Shown here in pieces: positions 39,749 through 48,008 of a stretch of 64,000 bases of DNA. Position 1 is the stretch's first letter. Each line of letters starts with the position of its first letter. Position numbers and translations under genes: made by a program. Origin of the DNA: an uncultured Alphaproteobacteria bacterium (lineage in GTDB: Bacteria; Pseudomonadota; Alphaproteobacteria; Rhizobiales; Tepidamorphaceae); contig CAWFLD010000012.1 in assembly GCA_963816555.1 (NCBI GenBank), positions 5,058-69,057 on the forward strand, read 5' to 3'. Under the pieces are notes generated by a model. It was not told the origin of the DNA. It ran no database searches and worked only from the letters and a program-made list of their open reading frames with translations.

Positions 39749-41785
39749 TCACGCGGCGGCCTCGGCTTCGTCCTGCGCCACCGGGTGCAGCGGGATGACG
39801 AAGCGATAGCAGACGCCGCGGCTCTTCCAGTCGACATGCGCGGCGCCATCGTGCTGATGCGCCACCGCCCGCGTCAGGAAGGTCATCCCGAAGCCGCGCT
39901 TCGACGGCTTCTCGACCTTCCGGCCCGCATCCTCGTCCCACTCGAAGACGAGCTGCTCGGCCCCCTGCGGCGCCTCCCCCTCCATCGCCTCGACATGCGC
40001 ACGCAGCACGATGTGGCCGCGATCGTTGGAGAGCGCCCCGTATTTCGACGCGTTCGTCGCCAGCTCGTTGACGAGCAGCGCCACGGTCTGCGTCTCGGCC
40101 GAGCTCAGCCTCTGCGGCGGCACGTCGATCTCGATGCGGTCGCCGGCCTCGGCGGAATAGGGCCCGAGCGTCGCGGTCACGAGGTCCTTCAGGTCGGCGC
40201 CGGCCCAGCTCGTCTTGAAGAGATGGTCGTGCGCCAGCGCCAGCGCGTGCAGCCGGCTCTGGTAGAGGACCATGAAGCTCGGCAGGTCGCCGACATAGCG
40301 CGCCGTCTGGTCGGCGAGGCTGCGCGCGAGCTGCAGCGTGTTCTTCACCCGGTGCGCCAGCTCGCGGACGAGAAGCTGGCGCGCCTCCTCGGCCTGCTTG
40401 CGCGGCGTCACGTCCTGCACCACGGCGACGATCCACACGGGGCGCCCGACCGGATCGCGCAGCACCGTCGCACTCACCTCCCCCCACAGCTCCTCGCCGG
40501 AGCTCGTGAGGAAGCGCCGTTCGGCGAAATAGGAATCGCGCTCCCCGCGCAGCAGCTCCTCGAAGCCGGGATCGGGCGAGCCTCCCGGCTCGTCGCGGAG
40601 CACGGTCCGGAAGGTCCGCTGCTCGAGCTCGGAGCGCTCGTAGCCGAGCATCGCGCAGAGCCGCAGATTGACGCGCCGGAAATGGCCGGTGCCCGGCACG
40701 AGCTCGCACTTGCCCGCGCCGCCCTCCTCGAACAGCGCCCGGAACTCGGCGGTGCTGCGCTGCAGGGCGGCGGTCTGCCGGTCGACCGCCCGCTGCAGGT
40801 CGTCGGAGATCAGCAGATGGTGGCCGCGGTCGGCGAACAGGCCGATGAGGCCGGTCAGGATGAGGCCGCCGAGCAGGGTGAGGCCGGCGAGCTCGTAGAC
40901 GCCGGCATAGGAGACCGGCACGGCGACCTCCCACTCGCGGCCCGCCACGACGAGGCGCGCCATGACGAGATCGTCGCCCTGGTAGGCCGGCTCTCCCGGC
41001 AGGGGAAACAGCCGGCGCGGGTGGTCCCGGTCGGTCACGTCGGCGATCAGGGCGATGTCCGGCGCGGCGCGGCGCACGCGGCCCCGCGTCAGGAGGTTGT
41101 CGAGCGCGAGGACCGCGCCGACGAGCGGCTGCTCGCCGACCCCGCTCTGCCGCCCCGGCTCGACGGGCAGGACGAGCGCGACGAACGGCGAGCCCGCGAC
41201 CTCGACGACGGGGGTCATGCTCACCGTGCCGGTGGCGCTGGCGCGCGCGGCCGCCACGCGCAGGTCGGCCTCGCCGAGAAAGTCGACGCCCTCGAGAAAG
41301 CGCAGCCGCGCGTCGCCGGAATAGTAGGCGACGGGCTGGTAGGTCGGCCGGTTGCCGGCAGAGACGCGCTCGCCGCCGTCGCGCAGATCGGACACCGTGA
41401 CGCCGGTCGGGAGGAAGGTGCGCTCGAATGCCGCACGGTCCGCCCCCGCGACGACCGGCATCCAGATCAGCGAATCGACGATCGGCTGCGGCCCGAGCGA
41501 GGCGGTGAAGCTTTCGAACTGCTCGCGCGTCGGCGTCTCCGATCCGCGCAGCCGGCCGGCGGTCGCCCGCAGGTAGGCGTGGGCGAGCCCGACACGCTGG
41601 CGCAGCGCGTCGGCGAGGTCGGAGGCCTGGAGCTCGGCGACCGCATGGGCGCTGTGCCGCCCCTGCGCGAAGACGATGCACGAGACGAGGACGGCGATCA
41701 GGACACCGACGAGGAGGGCAACCCTGGCCGTCGACGACACGCCGGACGCGCCGCGGCGGAACGCGTGCAGCCTCATGTGGCGCAT
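39749..41785 (-). CDS. Membrane sensor histidine kinase, CHASE-PAS-HWE
   Basis: TM-CHASE-like region (WMPVV...RAAFE, GVDF, VAGREW)-TM, PAS/PAC (DVTPRK), H box ELAHRVKN, ELATNASKYGAL, WDE. Confidence 0.87.
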   Translation of the reverse strand: MRHMRLHAFRRGASGVSSTARVALLVGVLIAVLVSCIVFAQGRHSAHAVAELQASDLADALRQRVGLAHAYLRATAGRLRGSETPTREQFESFTASLGPQPIVDSLIWMPVVAGADRAAFERTFLPTGVTVSDLRDGGERVSAGNRPTYQPVAYYSGDARLRFLEGVDFLGEADLRVAAARASATGTVSMTPVVEVAGSPFVALVLPVEPGRQSGVGEQPLVGAVLALDNLLTRGRVRRAAPDIALIADVTDRDHPRRLFPLPGEPAYQGDDLVMARLVVAGREWEVAVPVSYAGVYELAGLTLLGGLILTGLIGLFADRGHHLLISDDLQRAVDRQTAALQRSTAEFRALFEEGGAGKCELVPGTGHFRRVNLRLCAMLGYERSELEQRTFRTVLRDEPGGSPDPGFEELLRGERDSYFAERRFLTSSGEELWGEVSATVLRDPVGRPVWIVAVVQDVTPRKQAEEARQLLVRELAHRVKNTLQLARSLADQTARYVGDLPSFMVLYQSRLHALALAHDHLFKTSWAGADLKDLVTATLGPYSAEAGDRIEIDVPPQRLSSAETQTVALLVNELATNASKYGALSNDRGHIVLRAHVEAMEGEAPQGAEQLVFEWDEDAGRKVEKPSKRGFGMTFLTRAVAHQHDGAAHVDWKSRGVCYRFVIPLHPVAQDEAEAAA

Positions 41786-41968
41786 CGGCGGTTCCCGGTT
41801 CCCGCGCCCGCCGCCGGACGAACCTCGCTGTCAGGGTGAAACGGCACGTGATGCGGGCTCCGTGTCGGCGGGAAGGCAGCCCCCTCCGGCACGGCCTTGC
41901 GGCACCTGGAGGCTATGGGAAGTTAGTGAGGCCACATCGGTCGGGCAAGTTTTGGGCAGAGGCGTGTC

Positions 41969-43003
41969 CTAGAGCAGGGTCCGCTCCGGCGCGCAGAGGC
42001 AGTAGGAGACGCCGTCGGGGTCGAATCTCAGCTCGGCGGTTCCGCTCACCGAGGCGGGAACGATCTGCTCCAGCATCAGGCGGCCGAAGCTCGTCGCGCC
42101 GGGCGTGGAGACCGGCGGTCCGCCGCGCTCCTTCCAGCAGAAGACGATCTCGCGCTCGCGGCCCCGCTCCCGGCGGTCCCAGCTTATCTCGACGCGGCCG
42201 CCGCGGCCCGACAGGGCGCCGTAGCGGATCGCGTTCGTCGCGAGCTCGTGCAGGGCGAGGCCGAGATGCTGGGCGGCGTTCGGCGACAGGAAGATGTGCG
42301 GCCCCGAGACGCTGACGCGCGAGCTCGGCCAGTCGGCGTAGAGATTGACCTGGGCGCGCGCCAGCTCGTGCAGCGTGGCGCCGCGCCACTCTTCCTCGGT
42401 GATGATGTCGTGGGCCCGCGCGAGCGACTGCAGCCGGCCGGAGAAGCGCGTCACGAACTGATCGACCGACGGCACGCCGCGCGCCGTCTGCGAGGCGATC
42501 GACTGGATCACCGCCATCAGGTTCTTCGAGCGGTGGGCCAGCTCCCGCAGCAGCACGCGCAGATGCTCCGTCGTCTGGCGGCGGTCGGTGATGTCGACGC
42601 TGACGCAGTTGACGCCGATGACGCCGCCGTCGTCGTTCCGCCACGGATCGATCTTCACGTCGTACCAGCGGGGGCCGTCGCTCTCGGTGCCCATCGACAC
42701 CTCGGTCCACAGCCCCTCGCCGCGGTCGAGCACCTGTCGCTTGATGCCGGCCATGCGCGACCCGAACGGCGTCGGGAACACCTCCTCGTCGGTTCGGCCG
42801 AGGAAGTGCGACGCCGGCAGGTTCTGCGGCGGGTTCACGATCCAGGCGTAGCGAAGGTCTGTGTCCTGGCTGGAGACGGAGATGTTCGAGACCTCGATCG
42901 CCGCCTGCAGTCGACGGATCATCTCGGCCGGCATGGTCTCCGCCCCTTCCCGGTCCTCATTCGCCGCCAGATGCTCCTCTTCGGGACGGGGATCCTCGAC
43001 CAT
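41969..43003 (-). CDS. Cytoplasmic PAS-HWE histidine kinase
   Basis: QDTDLRYAW PAS, DITDRR, ELAHRSKN, LHELATNAIRYGALS, WKERGGP; AGGAG RBS before ATG 43003. Confidence 0.9.
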   Translation of the reverse strand: MVEDPRPEEEHLAANEDREGAETMPAEMIRRLQAAIEVSNISVSSQDTDLRYAWIVNPPQNLPASHFLGRTDEEVFPTPFGSRMAGIKRQVLDRGEGLWTEVSMGTESDGPRWYDVKIDPWRNDDGGVIGVNCVSVDITDRRQTTEHLRVLLRELAHRSKNLMAVIQSIASQTARGVPSVDQFVTRFSGRLQSLARAHDIITEEEWRGATLHELARAQVNLYADWPSSRVSVSGPHIFLSPNAAQHLGLALHELATNAIRYGALSGRGGRVEISWDRRERGREREIVFCWKERGGPPVSTPGATSFGRLMLEQIVPASVSGTAELRFDPDGVSYCLCAPERTLL

Positions 43004-43045
43004 CTCTCCTGACCGTCGTCTGCTGGTGTTGCGCACCCGGCAGAC

Positions 43046-43071
43046 AACGCCTCTCGGAGAGCGGAAGTTTC
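43046..43071 (-). promoter_or_regulatory. EcfG-type promoter motif for the PAS-HWE kinase
   Basis: Minus strand reads GAAAC-N17-CGTT, about 45 bp upstream of the ATG. Confidence 0.55.
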
Positions 43072-43082
43072 CCGCACACGCG

Positions 43083-43898
43083 CTACGCGGTCTGTCCCTC
43101 GCTGCGCGTGCTCGCCTTGGCCTCGAAGAACAGGGCCTGGCTGATGACCGCGGTGACCATGTCGGGCTGGAACGGCTTGGTGATGAGGAAGGCGGGCTCC
43201 GGCTTCTCGCCGGTCAGCAGGCGCTCGGGATAGGCGGTGATGAAGATCACCGGCACCTGGTAGTCGGTCAGCATCTCGTTGACCGCGTCGAGGCCCGAGC
43301 TGCCGTCGGCCAGCTGGATGTCGGCGAGCACCAGCCCCGGCGGCTGCTTGCGGACCGCCTCGATCGCCTCGGTGTGCGTGCGGGCGATGCCGGAGACGCG
43401 GTGGCCGAGATTGGTCACGAGCGCCTCGATGTCCATCGCGATGATCGGCTCGTCCTCGATGATGAGCACGTCGGTCGCCATCTGCTCGGCGATCTCGGTG
43501 CCGACCTCGTCGATCAGCCGCGACGTCTCCTCGACGGACAGGCTCAGGATCTCGGCCGTCTCCTTGACGGTGAACTCCTCGACCGTGACGAGCAGGAACG
43601 CCTGGCGATGCAGCGGCGCGATCGAGCCGAGCCGGCGGTTGGCGTGCTGCTCGGAGCCCTCGCTGCCGAGATCGCCCTCGAGGTTGAGGTCGATCGACTG
43701 CCACAGGCTGCAGAAGGTCTTGTAGAGGGCGACCCGCATGTCGGTGTCGCGGGGCACGATGGAAGGGTCGGCGACGATCGTCTCGAGGACCGCGGCGACA
43801 TAGGCGTCGCCGCTCGACTGGCTGCCGGTCAACGCCCTGGCGTAGCGCCGGAGATAGGGAATGAGGGCACCGACCTGCTGTGCCATGGACTGCGACAT
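43083..43898 (-). CDS. phyR: Anti-anti-sigma response regulator PhyR
   Basis: Sigma-like N-terminus PYLRRYARALTGSQ, RQAFLL; receiver VLIIEDEPIIA, LADIQLADGSSG, FITAYPERLLTG. Confidence 0.96.
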   Translation of the reverse strand: MSQSMAQQVGALIPYLRRYARALTGSQSSGDAYVAAVLETIVADPSIVPRDTDMRVALYKTFCSLWQSIDLNLEGDLGSEGSEQHANRRLGSIAPLHRQAFLLVTVEEFTVKETAEILSLSVEETSRLIDEVGTEIAEQMATDVLIIEDEPIIAMDIEALVTNLGHRVSGIARTHTEAIEAVRKQPPGLVLADIQLADGSSGLDAVNEMLTDYQVPVIFITAYPERLLTGEKPEPAFLITKPFQPDMVTAVISQALFFEAKASTRSEGQTA

Positions 43899-43988
43899 TA
43901 TTGACCCCTTACAAAGCGGACGGATTTGGCCACGCCACGACGGCCGCTTCGCGCCTCGCGCCGCGGCTCTTCATTGACGAGTTAACGC

Positions 43989-44015
43989 GGAACGTCCTGG
44001 CTGACAAATCGTTCC
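43989..44015. promoter_or_regulatory. Self-complementary EcfG promoter motif readable on both strands
   Basis: GGAACGTCCTGGCTGACAAATCGTTCC gives GGAAC-N16-CGTT on the plus strand and on the minus strand. Confidence 0.75.
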
Positions 44016-44060
44016 ATATGGACGGCCCGCACAAACCCGGGCCACAACATACGAAGCGGC

Positions 44061-44086
44061 GGAACCAACAGCTCGCTGGCGACGTT
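44061..44086 (+). promoter_or_regulatory. EcfG-type promoter of nepR-ecfG
   Basis: GGAAC-N17-CGTT about 55 bp upstream of nepR. Confidence 0.8.
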
Positions 44087-44140
44087 TGCTCGCTAACGAA
44101 CACAGTCCAGTCGCGACCGGCATCGTAGCGTTTTGGGGGA

Positions 44141-44410
44141 ATGACGATGACGCGATCACGCGAAACAGACCAACCAGCGAGTGAGGACATGTCGACGTCC
44201 TACGATGCCAGTTCGCCCCGGGAAGTCCGCTCCCCGGCGCAAGGCGGCGGAAGCCGCGCACAGCTCGAGCCGCGCGTGCAGTCCGCGCTCGGACGCGAGC
44301 TGCGCGCGATCTATGACGACGTTGTGAGCCAGCCAGTGCCGGATCGCTTCGTCGAACTGTTGAACCAGCTCGACGAGCGGGAATCCAGCGACAAGGGCGA
44401 CAAGCGGTAA
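44141..44410 (+). CDS. nepR: Anti-sigma factor NepR
   Basis: LGRELRAIYDDVVSQPVPDRFVELLNQL; directly upstream of ecfG and divergent from phyR; exact start uncertain. Confidence 0.93.
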   Translation: MTMTRSRETDQPASEDMSTSYDASSPREVRSPAQGGGSRAQLEPRVQSALGRELRAIYDDVVSQPVPDRFVELLNQLDERESSDKGDKR

Positions 44411-44456
44411 GTTCCGCCTCGCCCCGCCCTATCCGACCAACGCTCGGGATACGCAC

Positions 44457-45014
44457 ATGGCCATATCGGCGGAACTTCGCCAACAACTGCTGGATCTGAT
44501 ACCGAGCCTGCGCGGCTTTGCCGTGTCGCTTGCCGGCGACACCGAGCGCGGCGACGATCTCGTCCAGGAGACCCTCGTGAAGGCATGGGCCAATTTCGGC
44601 TCGTTCACCGAAGGGACGAACCTGCGCGCCTGGCTCTTCACCATCCTGCGCAACGAATTCTACTCGCAGATGCGCAAGCGCGGCCGCGAGGTCGAGGATG
44701 TCGACGGCATCCATGCGGCGCGGCTGGCGGTGGCGCCGTCGCAGCAGTCGCAGGTCGATCTGTCGCACCTGCGCAAGGCGCTCAACGAGATCCCCGCCGA
44801 CCAGCGCGAGGCGCTCGTCCTCGTCGCCGCCTCCGGGTTCTCCTACGAGGAGGCGGCCGAGATCTGCGGCTGCGCGGTCGGCACGATCAAGAGCCGCGTC
44901 AACCGCGCCCGCACGCGGCTGAGCCAGATCATGCAGGTCGAGGAAGAGGGCCAGTCCTTCGGGCCCGACGAGGTCAGCGAGGCCGTCGTCGGCGCGAACG
45001 CGGCGACCCGCTGA
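44457..45014 (+). CDS. ecfG: General stress response ECF sigma factor EcfG (SigT/RpoE2 type)
   Basis: IPSLRGFAVSL, DDLVQETLVKAW, GTNLRAWLFTILRN, SYEEAAEICGCAVGTIKSRVNRAR. Confidence 0.95.
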   Translation: MAISAELRQQLLDLIPSLRGFAVSLAGDTERGDDLVQETLVKAWANFGSFTEGTNLRAWLFTILRNEFYSQMRKRGREVEDVDGIHAARLAVAPSQQSQVDLSHLRKALNEIPADQREALVLVAASGFSYEEAAEICGCAVGTIKSRVNRARTRLSQIMQVEEEGQSFGPDEVSEAVVGANAATR

Positions 45015-45077
45015 GGCGGGGAGCCGGACCGGCTCCTCGAGCTCCTCGAGCGCTCACGACGTTCCGCACGAGAGTTG

Positions 45078-45107
45078 AAAGGCACGGCCGCCCGCCGTGC
45101 CTTTTTT
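45078..45107 (+). terminator. Intrinsic terminator after ecfG (possibly bidirectional)
   Basis: AAAGGCACGG-CCGCCCG-CCGTGCCTTTTTT. Confidence 0.8.
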
Positions 45108-45229
45108 GTTGCGCGTCCGCGCTCCCCCGCGCGGACGCGCCACGTGCCGTGGCGTGACGCAGGTTGAGCGGACGCGAAGGAAAGTGTGGAGGATCGGGGT
45201 GCGGGCACCGGGCCCTGCGAGCGTCTCCA

Positions 45230-45312
45230 CAAATGAAGCGGCCCGCAGCCGGGGGGAAGCTGCGGGCCGTAGAAACGGACGGTGGGGGCCGTCCGCAGTG
45301 TGGAGGGGCACC
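45230..45312 (-). ncRNA. Candidate EcfG-dependent small RNA with two C-rich-loop hairpins (GsrN-like)
   Basis: Downstream of a minus-strand GGAAC-N16-GGTT. Hairpins GCGGACGG-CCCCCA-CCGTCCGT and CGGCCCGCAGC-TTCCCCCCG-GCTGCGGGCCG, then CTTCATTT; no credible ORF. Ends are estimates. Confidence 0.6.
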
Positions 45313-45317
45313 TAAAT

Positions 45318-45342
45318 AACCGCGGAAGGCGCGCCCGGTTCC
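45318..45342 (-). promoter_or_regulatory. EcfG-type promoter for the candidate sRNA
   Basis: Minus strand reads GGAAC-CGGGCGCGCCTTCCGC-GGTT (N16). Confidence 0.65.
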
Positions 45343-45379
45343 GGGGGGCTGCAATTTTTTTTCGCACCTCCGAAACGCA

Positions 45380-45405
45380 GGAACTTCTTCCTCTTCAGCC
45401 TCGTT
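45380..45405 (+). promoter_or_regulatory. EcfG-type promoter for the DUF3309 gene
   Basis: GGAAC-N17-CGTT, 50 bp upstream of ATG 45455. Confidence 0.75.
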
Positions 45406-45454
45406 CCGTCGGCGCCTTCGGCCGATCCAGAACAACAAGGCATGGAGCCCCAGA

Positions 45455-45607
45455 ATGCTCGAGACCATCCTGATCATCGTTCTCATCCTGATCCTGCTCG
45501 GCGCCCTTCCGACGTGGCCCTACAGCCGCGGCTGGGGCTACGTGCCGAGCGGCATCACGACGATCCTGCTGATCATCCTGATCATCTACCTGCTGCAGGC
45601 CGCCTGA
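45455..45607 (+). CDS. DUF3309 family small membrane protein (50 aa)
   Basis: Not in the ORF track. MLETILIIVLILILLGALPTWPYSRGWGYVPSGITTILLIILIIYLLQAA; GGAG RBS. Confidence 0.88.
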   Translation: MLETILIIVLILILLGALPTWPYSRGWGYVPSGITTILLIILIIYLLQAA

Positions 45608-45662
45608 CGGCCGCGCACGCGATGCGGGCGGCCGCGGCGCGGCCGCCCATGAGGTCCACGTC

Positions 45663-47345
45663 CTAGCCGCGCCGCCTCGCCTCGGCGGCGGCGCGGATCT
45701 CCCCGAGGGTCGCCTTCGGGGTGATCGCCTCGGGATCGAGGCGCACGTGGACGATCGACGGCCGGCCGCTCTCCCGCGCCGCCGCGAAGGCGCCGGCGAA
45801 CTCCTCCGTCCGCTCCACGGTGAACCCCTCCCCGCCATAGGCCCGGGCCAGGGCCGCGAAGTCCGGGTTCTCGAGGTCGGTGCCGCTGACGCGGCCGGGA
45901 TACTCCCGCTCCTGATGCATGCGGATGGTGCCGTAGATGCCGTTGTCGACGACCACGACGACGACCGGCAGCCGGTATTTCACCGCCGTCGCGAACTCCT
46001 GGCCGTTCATCAGGAAGCAGCCGTCGCCGGCGAAGGCGACCACGGGCCGCGAGGGATCGAGGCGCGCCGCCGCGACCGCCGCCGGCGTGCCGTAGCCCAT
46101 CGAGCCGGAGGTCGGCGCGAGCTGCGTGCCGAAGCCGCGGAAGCGGTGGAAGCGGTGGATCCAGGTCGCGTAGTTGCCGGCGCCGTTGCAGATCACGGCG
46201 TCGGGCGGCAGCGCCTCGCGCAGATGGCGCATGATCTCGACCATCTGCACCTCGCCGGGCCCGGGCGGGACCGTCTCGCTCCATTCGAGATATTCGGCAT
46301 GCGCCTCGGCGACGCGCCGCGCCCGGCCGTCGGAGGGCTCGAAGTCGAACGCCACCGCCTCGTCCGCGAACGAGGCCGGATCGGCCTGGATCGGCAGCGT
46401 CGCCGCGTAGACCCGGTTCAGCTCCTCGGCGCTCGGATGGACGTGGACCAGCGTCTGCCGCGGCGTCGGCACGTCGATCAGCGTGTAGGCGGACGACGGC
46501 ATCTCGCTCATCCGGCCGCCGACGAGGAGCAGGAGGTCGGCCTCCCGCACCCGCTCGGCGAGCTTCGGGTTCGGCCCGATGCCGACGTCGCCCGCGTAGT
46601 TGTCGTGCAGGTGGTCGAACAGCATCTGGCGCCGGAACGAGGCGCCGACCGGCAGGCCGGCGCTTTCGGCGAAGCGCTGGATGTCGGCGACGGCTTCCGG
46701 CGTCCAGCGGCTGCCGCCGAGGATCATGAAGGGGCGCTCCGCCCCCTCGATCATCTCGGCCAGGCGCCACATCTCCTCCGACCCCGGCCGGATCGCCGGC
46801 ACGGCGGCGCGCGGCGCGGCGGCGGCCTCGGCGACCTCCGTCAGGATGTCCTCCGGCAGCGCCAGCACGACCGGCCCGGGCCGCCCGGACATCGCGGTCG
46901 AGAAGGCGCGGTGGACGAACTCCGGGATGCGCGCGGGGTCGTCGATCTCCGCCACCCATTTCGCCATGTCGCCGTAGAAGCGCTTGTAGTCGACCTCCTG
47001 GAAGGCCTCGCGCTCCTTCATGCCGCGCTCGACCTGGCCGATGAACAGGACGAGGGGCGTGGAATCCTGCGCGGCGATGTGGATGCCGGCCGACGCGTTC
47101 GTCGCGCCGGGGCCGCGCGTGACGAAGCAGACGCCCGGCCGCCCGGTGAGCTTGCCGTAGGCGTCCGCCATCATCGCCGCGCCGCCCTCCTGGCGGCACA
47201 CCGTGACCTCGATGGGCGAATCGACGAGCGCGTCGAGGACCGCGAGATAGCTCTCGCCCGGGACGCAGAAGAGGTGATCGACGCCCTGCGTCTCGAGCGC
47301 CTGGACGAGGATGCGGCCGCCGGGAAGCGCGCTGTTCGATATCAT
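45663..47345 (-). CDS. Thiamine-diphosphate-binding enzyme (acetolactate synthase-like)
   Basis: FCVPGESYL, CRQEGGA, VTRGPGATN, SGSMGYG, ThDP motif GDGCFLM...VDNGIYGTI. Confidence 0.9.
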   Translation of the reverse strand: MISNSALPGGRILVQALETQGVDHLFCVPGESYLAVLDALVDSPIEVTVCRQEGGAAMMADAYGKLTGRPGVCFVTRGPGATNASAGIHIAAQDSTPLVLFIGQVERGMKEREAFQEVDYKRFYGDMAKWVAEIDDPARIPEFVHRAFSTAMSGRPGPVVLALPEDILTEVAEAAAAPRAAVPAIRPGSEEMWRLAEMIEGAERPFMILGGSRWTPEAVADIQRFAESAGLPVGASFRRQMLFDHLHDNYAGDVGIGPNPKLAERVREADLLLLVGGRMSEMPSSAYTLIDVPTPRQTLVHVHPSAEELNRVYAATLPIQADPASFADEAVAFDFEPSDGRARRVAEAHAEYLEWSETVPPGPGEVQMVEIMRHLREALPPDAVICNGAGNYATWIHRFHRFRGFGTQLAPTSGSMGYGTPAAVAAARLDPSRPVVAFAGDGCFLMNGQEFATAVKYRLPVVVVVVDNGIYGTIRMHQEREYPGRVSGTDLENPDFAALARAYGGEGFTVERTEEFAGAFAAARESGRPSIVHVRLDPEAITPKATLGEIRAAAEARRRG

Positions 47346-47481
47346 GTCGTGTGCCGTGGGATCGTGTGCTCGGGGAGGGTCGCACGAACCATATCGTCGC
47401 CGCTCCCGGAGAGGAAGCGGCGGACGTGGCCAGGCTTCGGTCAGCGGCGCCCGCGGCCCGGCCGTCGGGCCCGCTTCGCGA

Positions 47482-47901
47482 TCAGACGGTCGGGCCCGGC
47501 AGGAGGTCGAACGTCCCGGCGTTCGGGCAGTACGACCGGTGATCCTCGGCGGCCACCCCGTCCTCGAGCGAGCGGCGGCAGTGCCGGCGGCTGCCGCACG
47601 ACATGCAGACGCGCTCGATCTCGCGCATCATGGCCGGCTCCGCCGCCTGGAGGGCCTCCGGCTCGAGCCCGACGGCGGTCATCATCCGCGCCGCGAGGTC
47701 GTCGGCCGCATAGGGCGCCTCGAGCCAGCCCTCGAGATCGGCCTGCGACAGGCAGCTGTCCCTGAGCATGCGGGCCGTCTCGTCGGGGCCCATCCGCGAC
47801 AGCTGCCCCCGCAGCGCCATGCGCTCGGTCCAGCCGCGCAAGGCCGCGGTGGCCGTCTCCACGAGCCTGCCCGGGCCCGTTCGGTCGCCGTGCATCGTCA
47901 T
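47482..47901 (-). CDS. Small Cys-rich protein, DUF6455-like
   Basis: C-terminal part of the 47482..52227 ORF: MREIERVCMSCGSRRHC...YCPNAGTF; GGAGG RBS before ATG 47901. Confidence 0.75.
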   Translation of the reverse strand: MTMHGDRTGPGRLVETATAALRGWTERMALRGQLSRMGPDETARMLRDSCLSQADLEGWLEAPYAADDLAARMMTAVGLEPEALQAAEPAMMREIERVCMSCGSRRHCRRSLEDGVAAEDHRSYCPNAGTFDLLPGPTV

Positions 47902-47957
47902 CGTCACCTCCACGCCGGTTGACGACGCCAGTGTGCGCCCGCCCGCCGCGCCGGACA

Positions 47958-47971
47958 TTGAGCCAGCGCAA
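47958..47971. promoter_or_regulatory. FixK/FNR-type box upstream of the DUF6455-like gene
   Basis: TTGA-GCCAGC-GCAA, matching TTG(A/C)-N6-(T/G)CAA, about 60 bp upstream of the start. Confidence 0.5.
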
Positions 47972-48008
47972 ACATGCCGATGGACGGGCCGATGCCGCGC
48001 GGGAGGCC

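Noticed and set aside
45033-45050. CTCCTCGAG tandem duplication after ecfG
   Set aside because: Two copies only; no supportable function.
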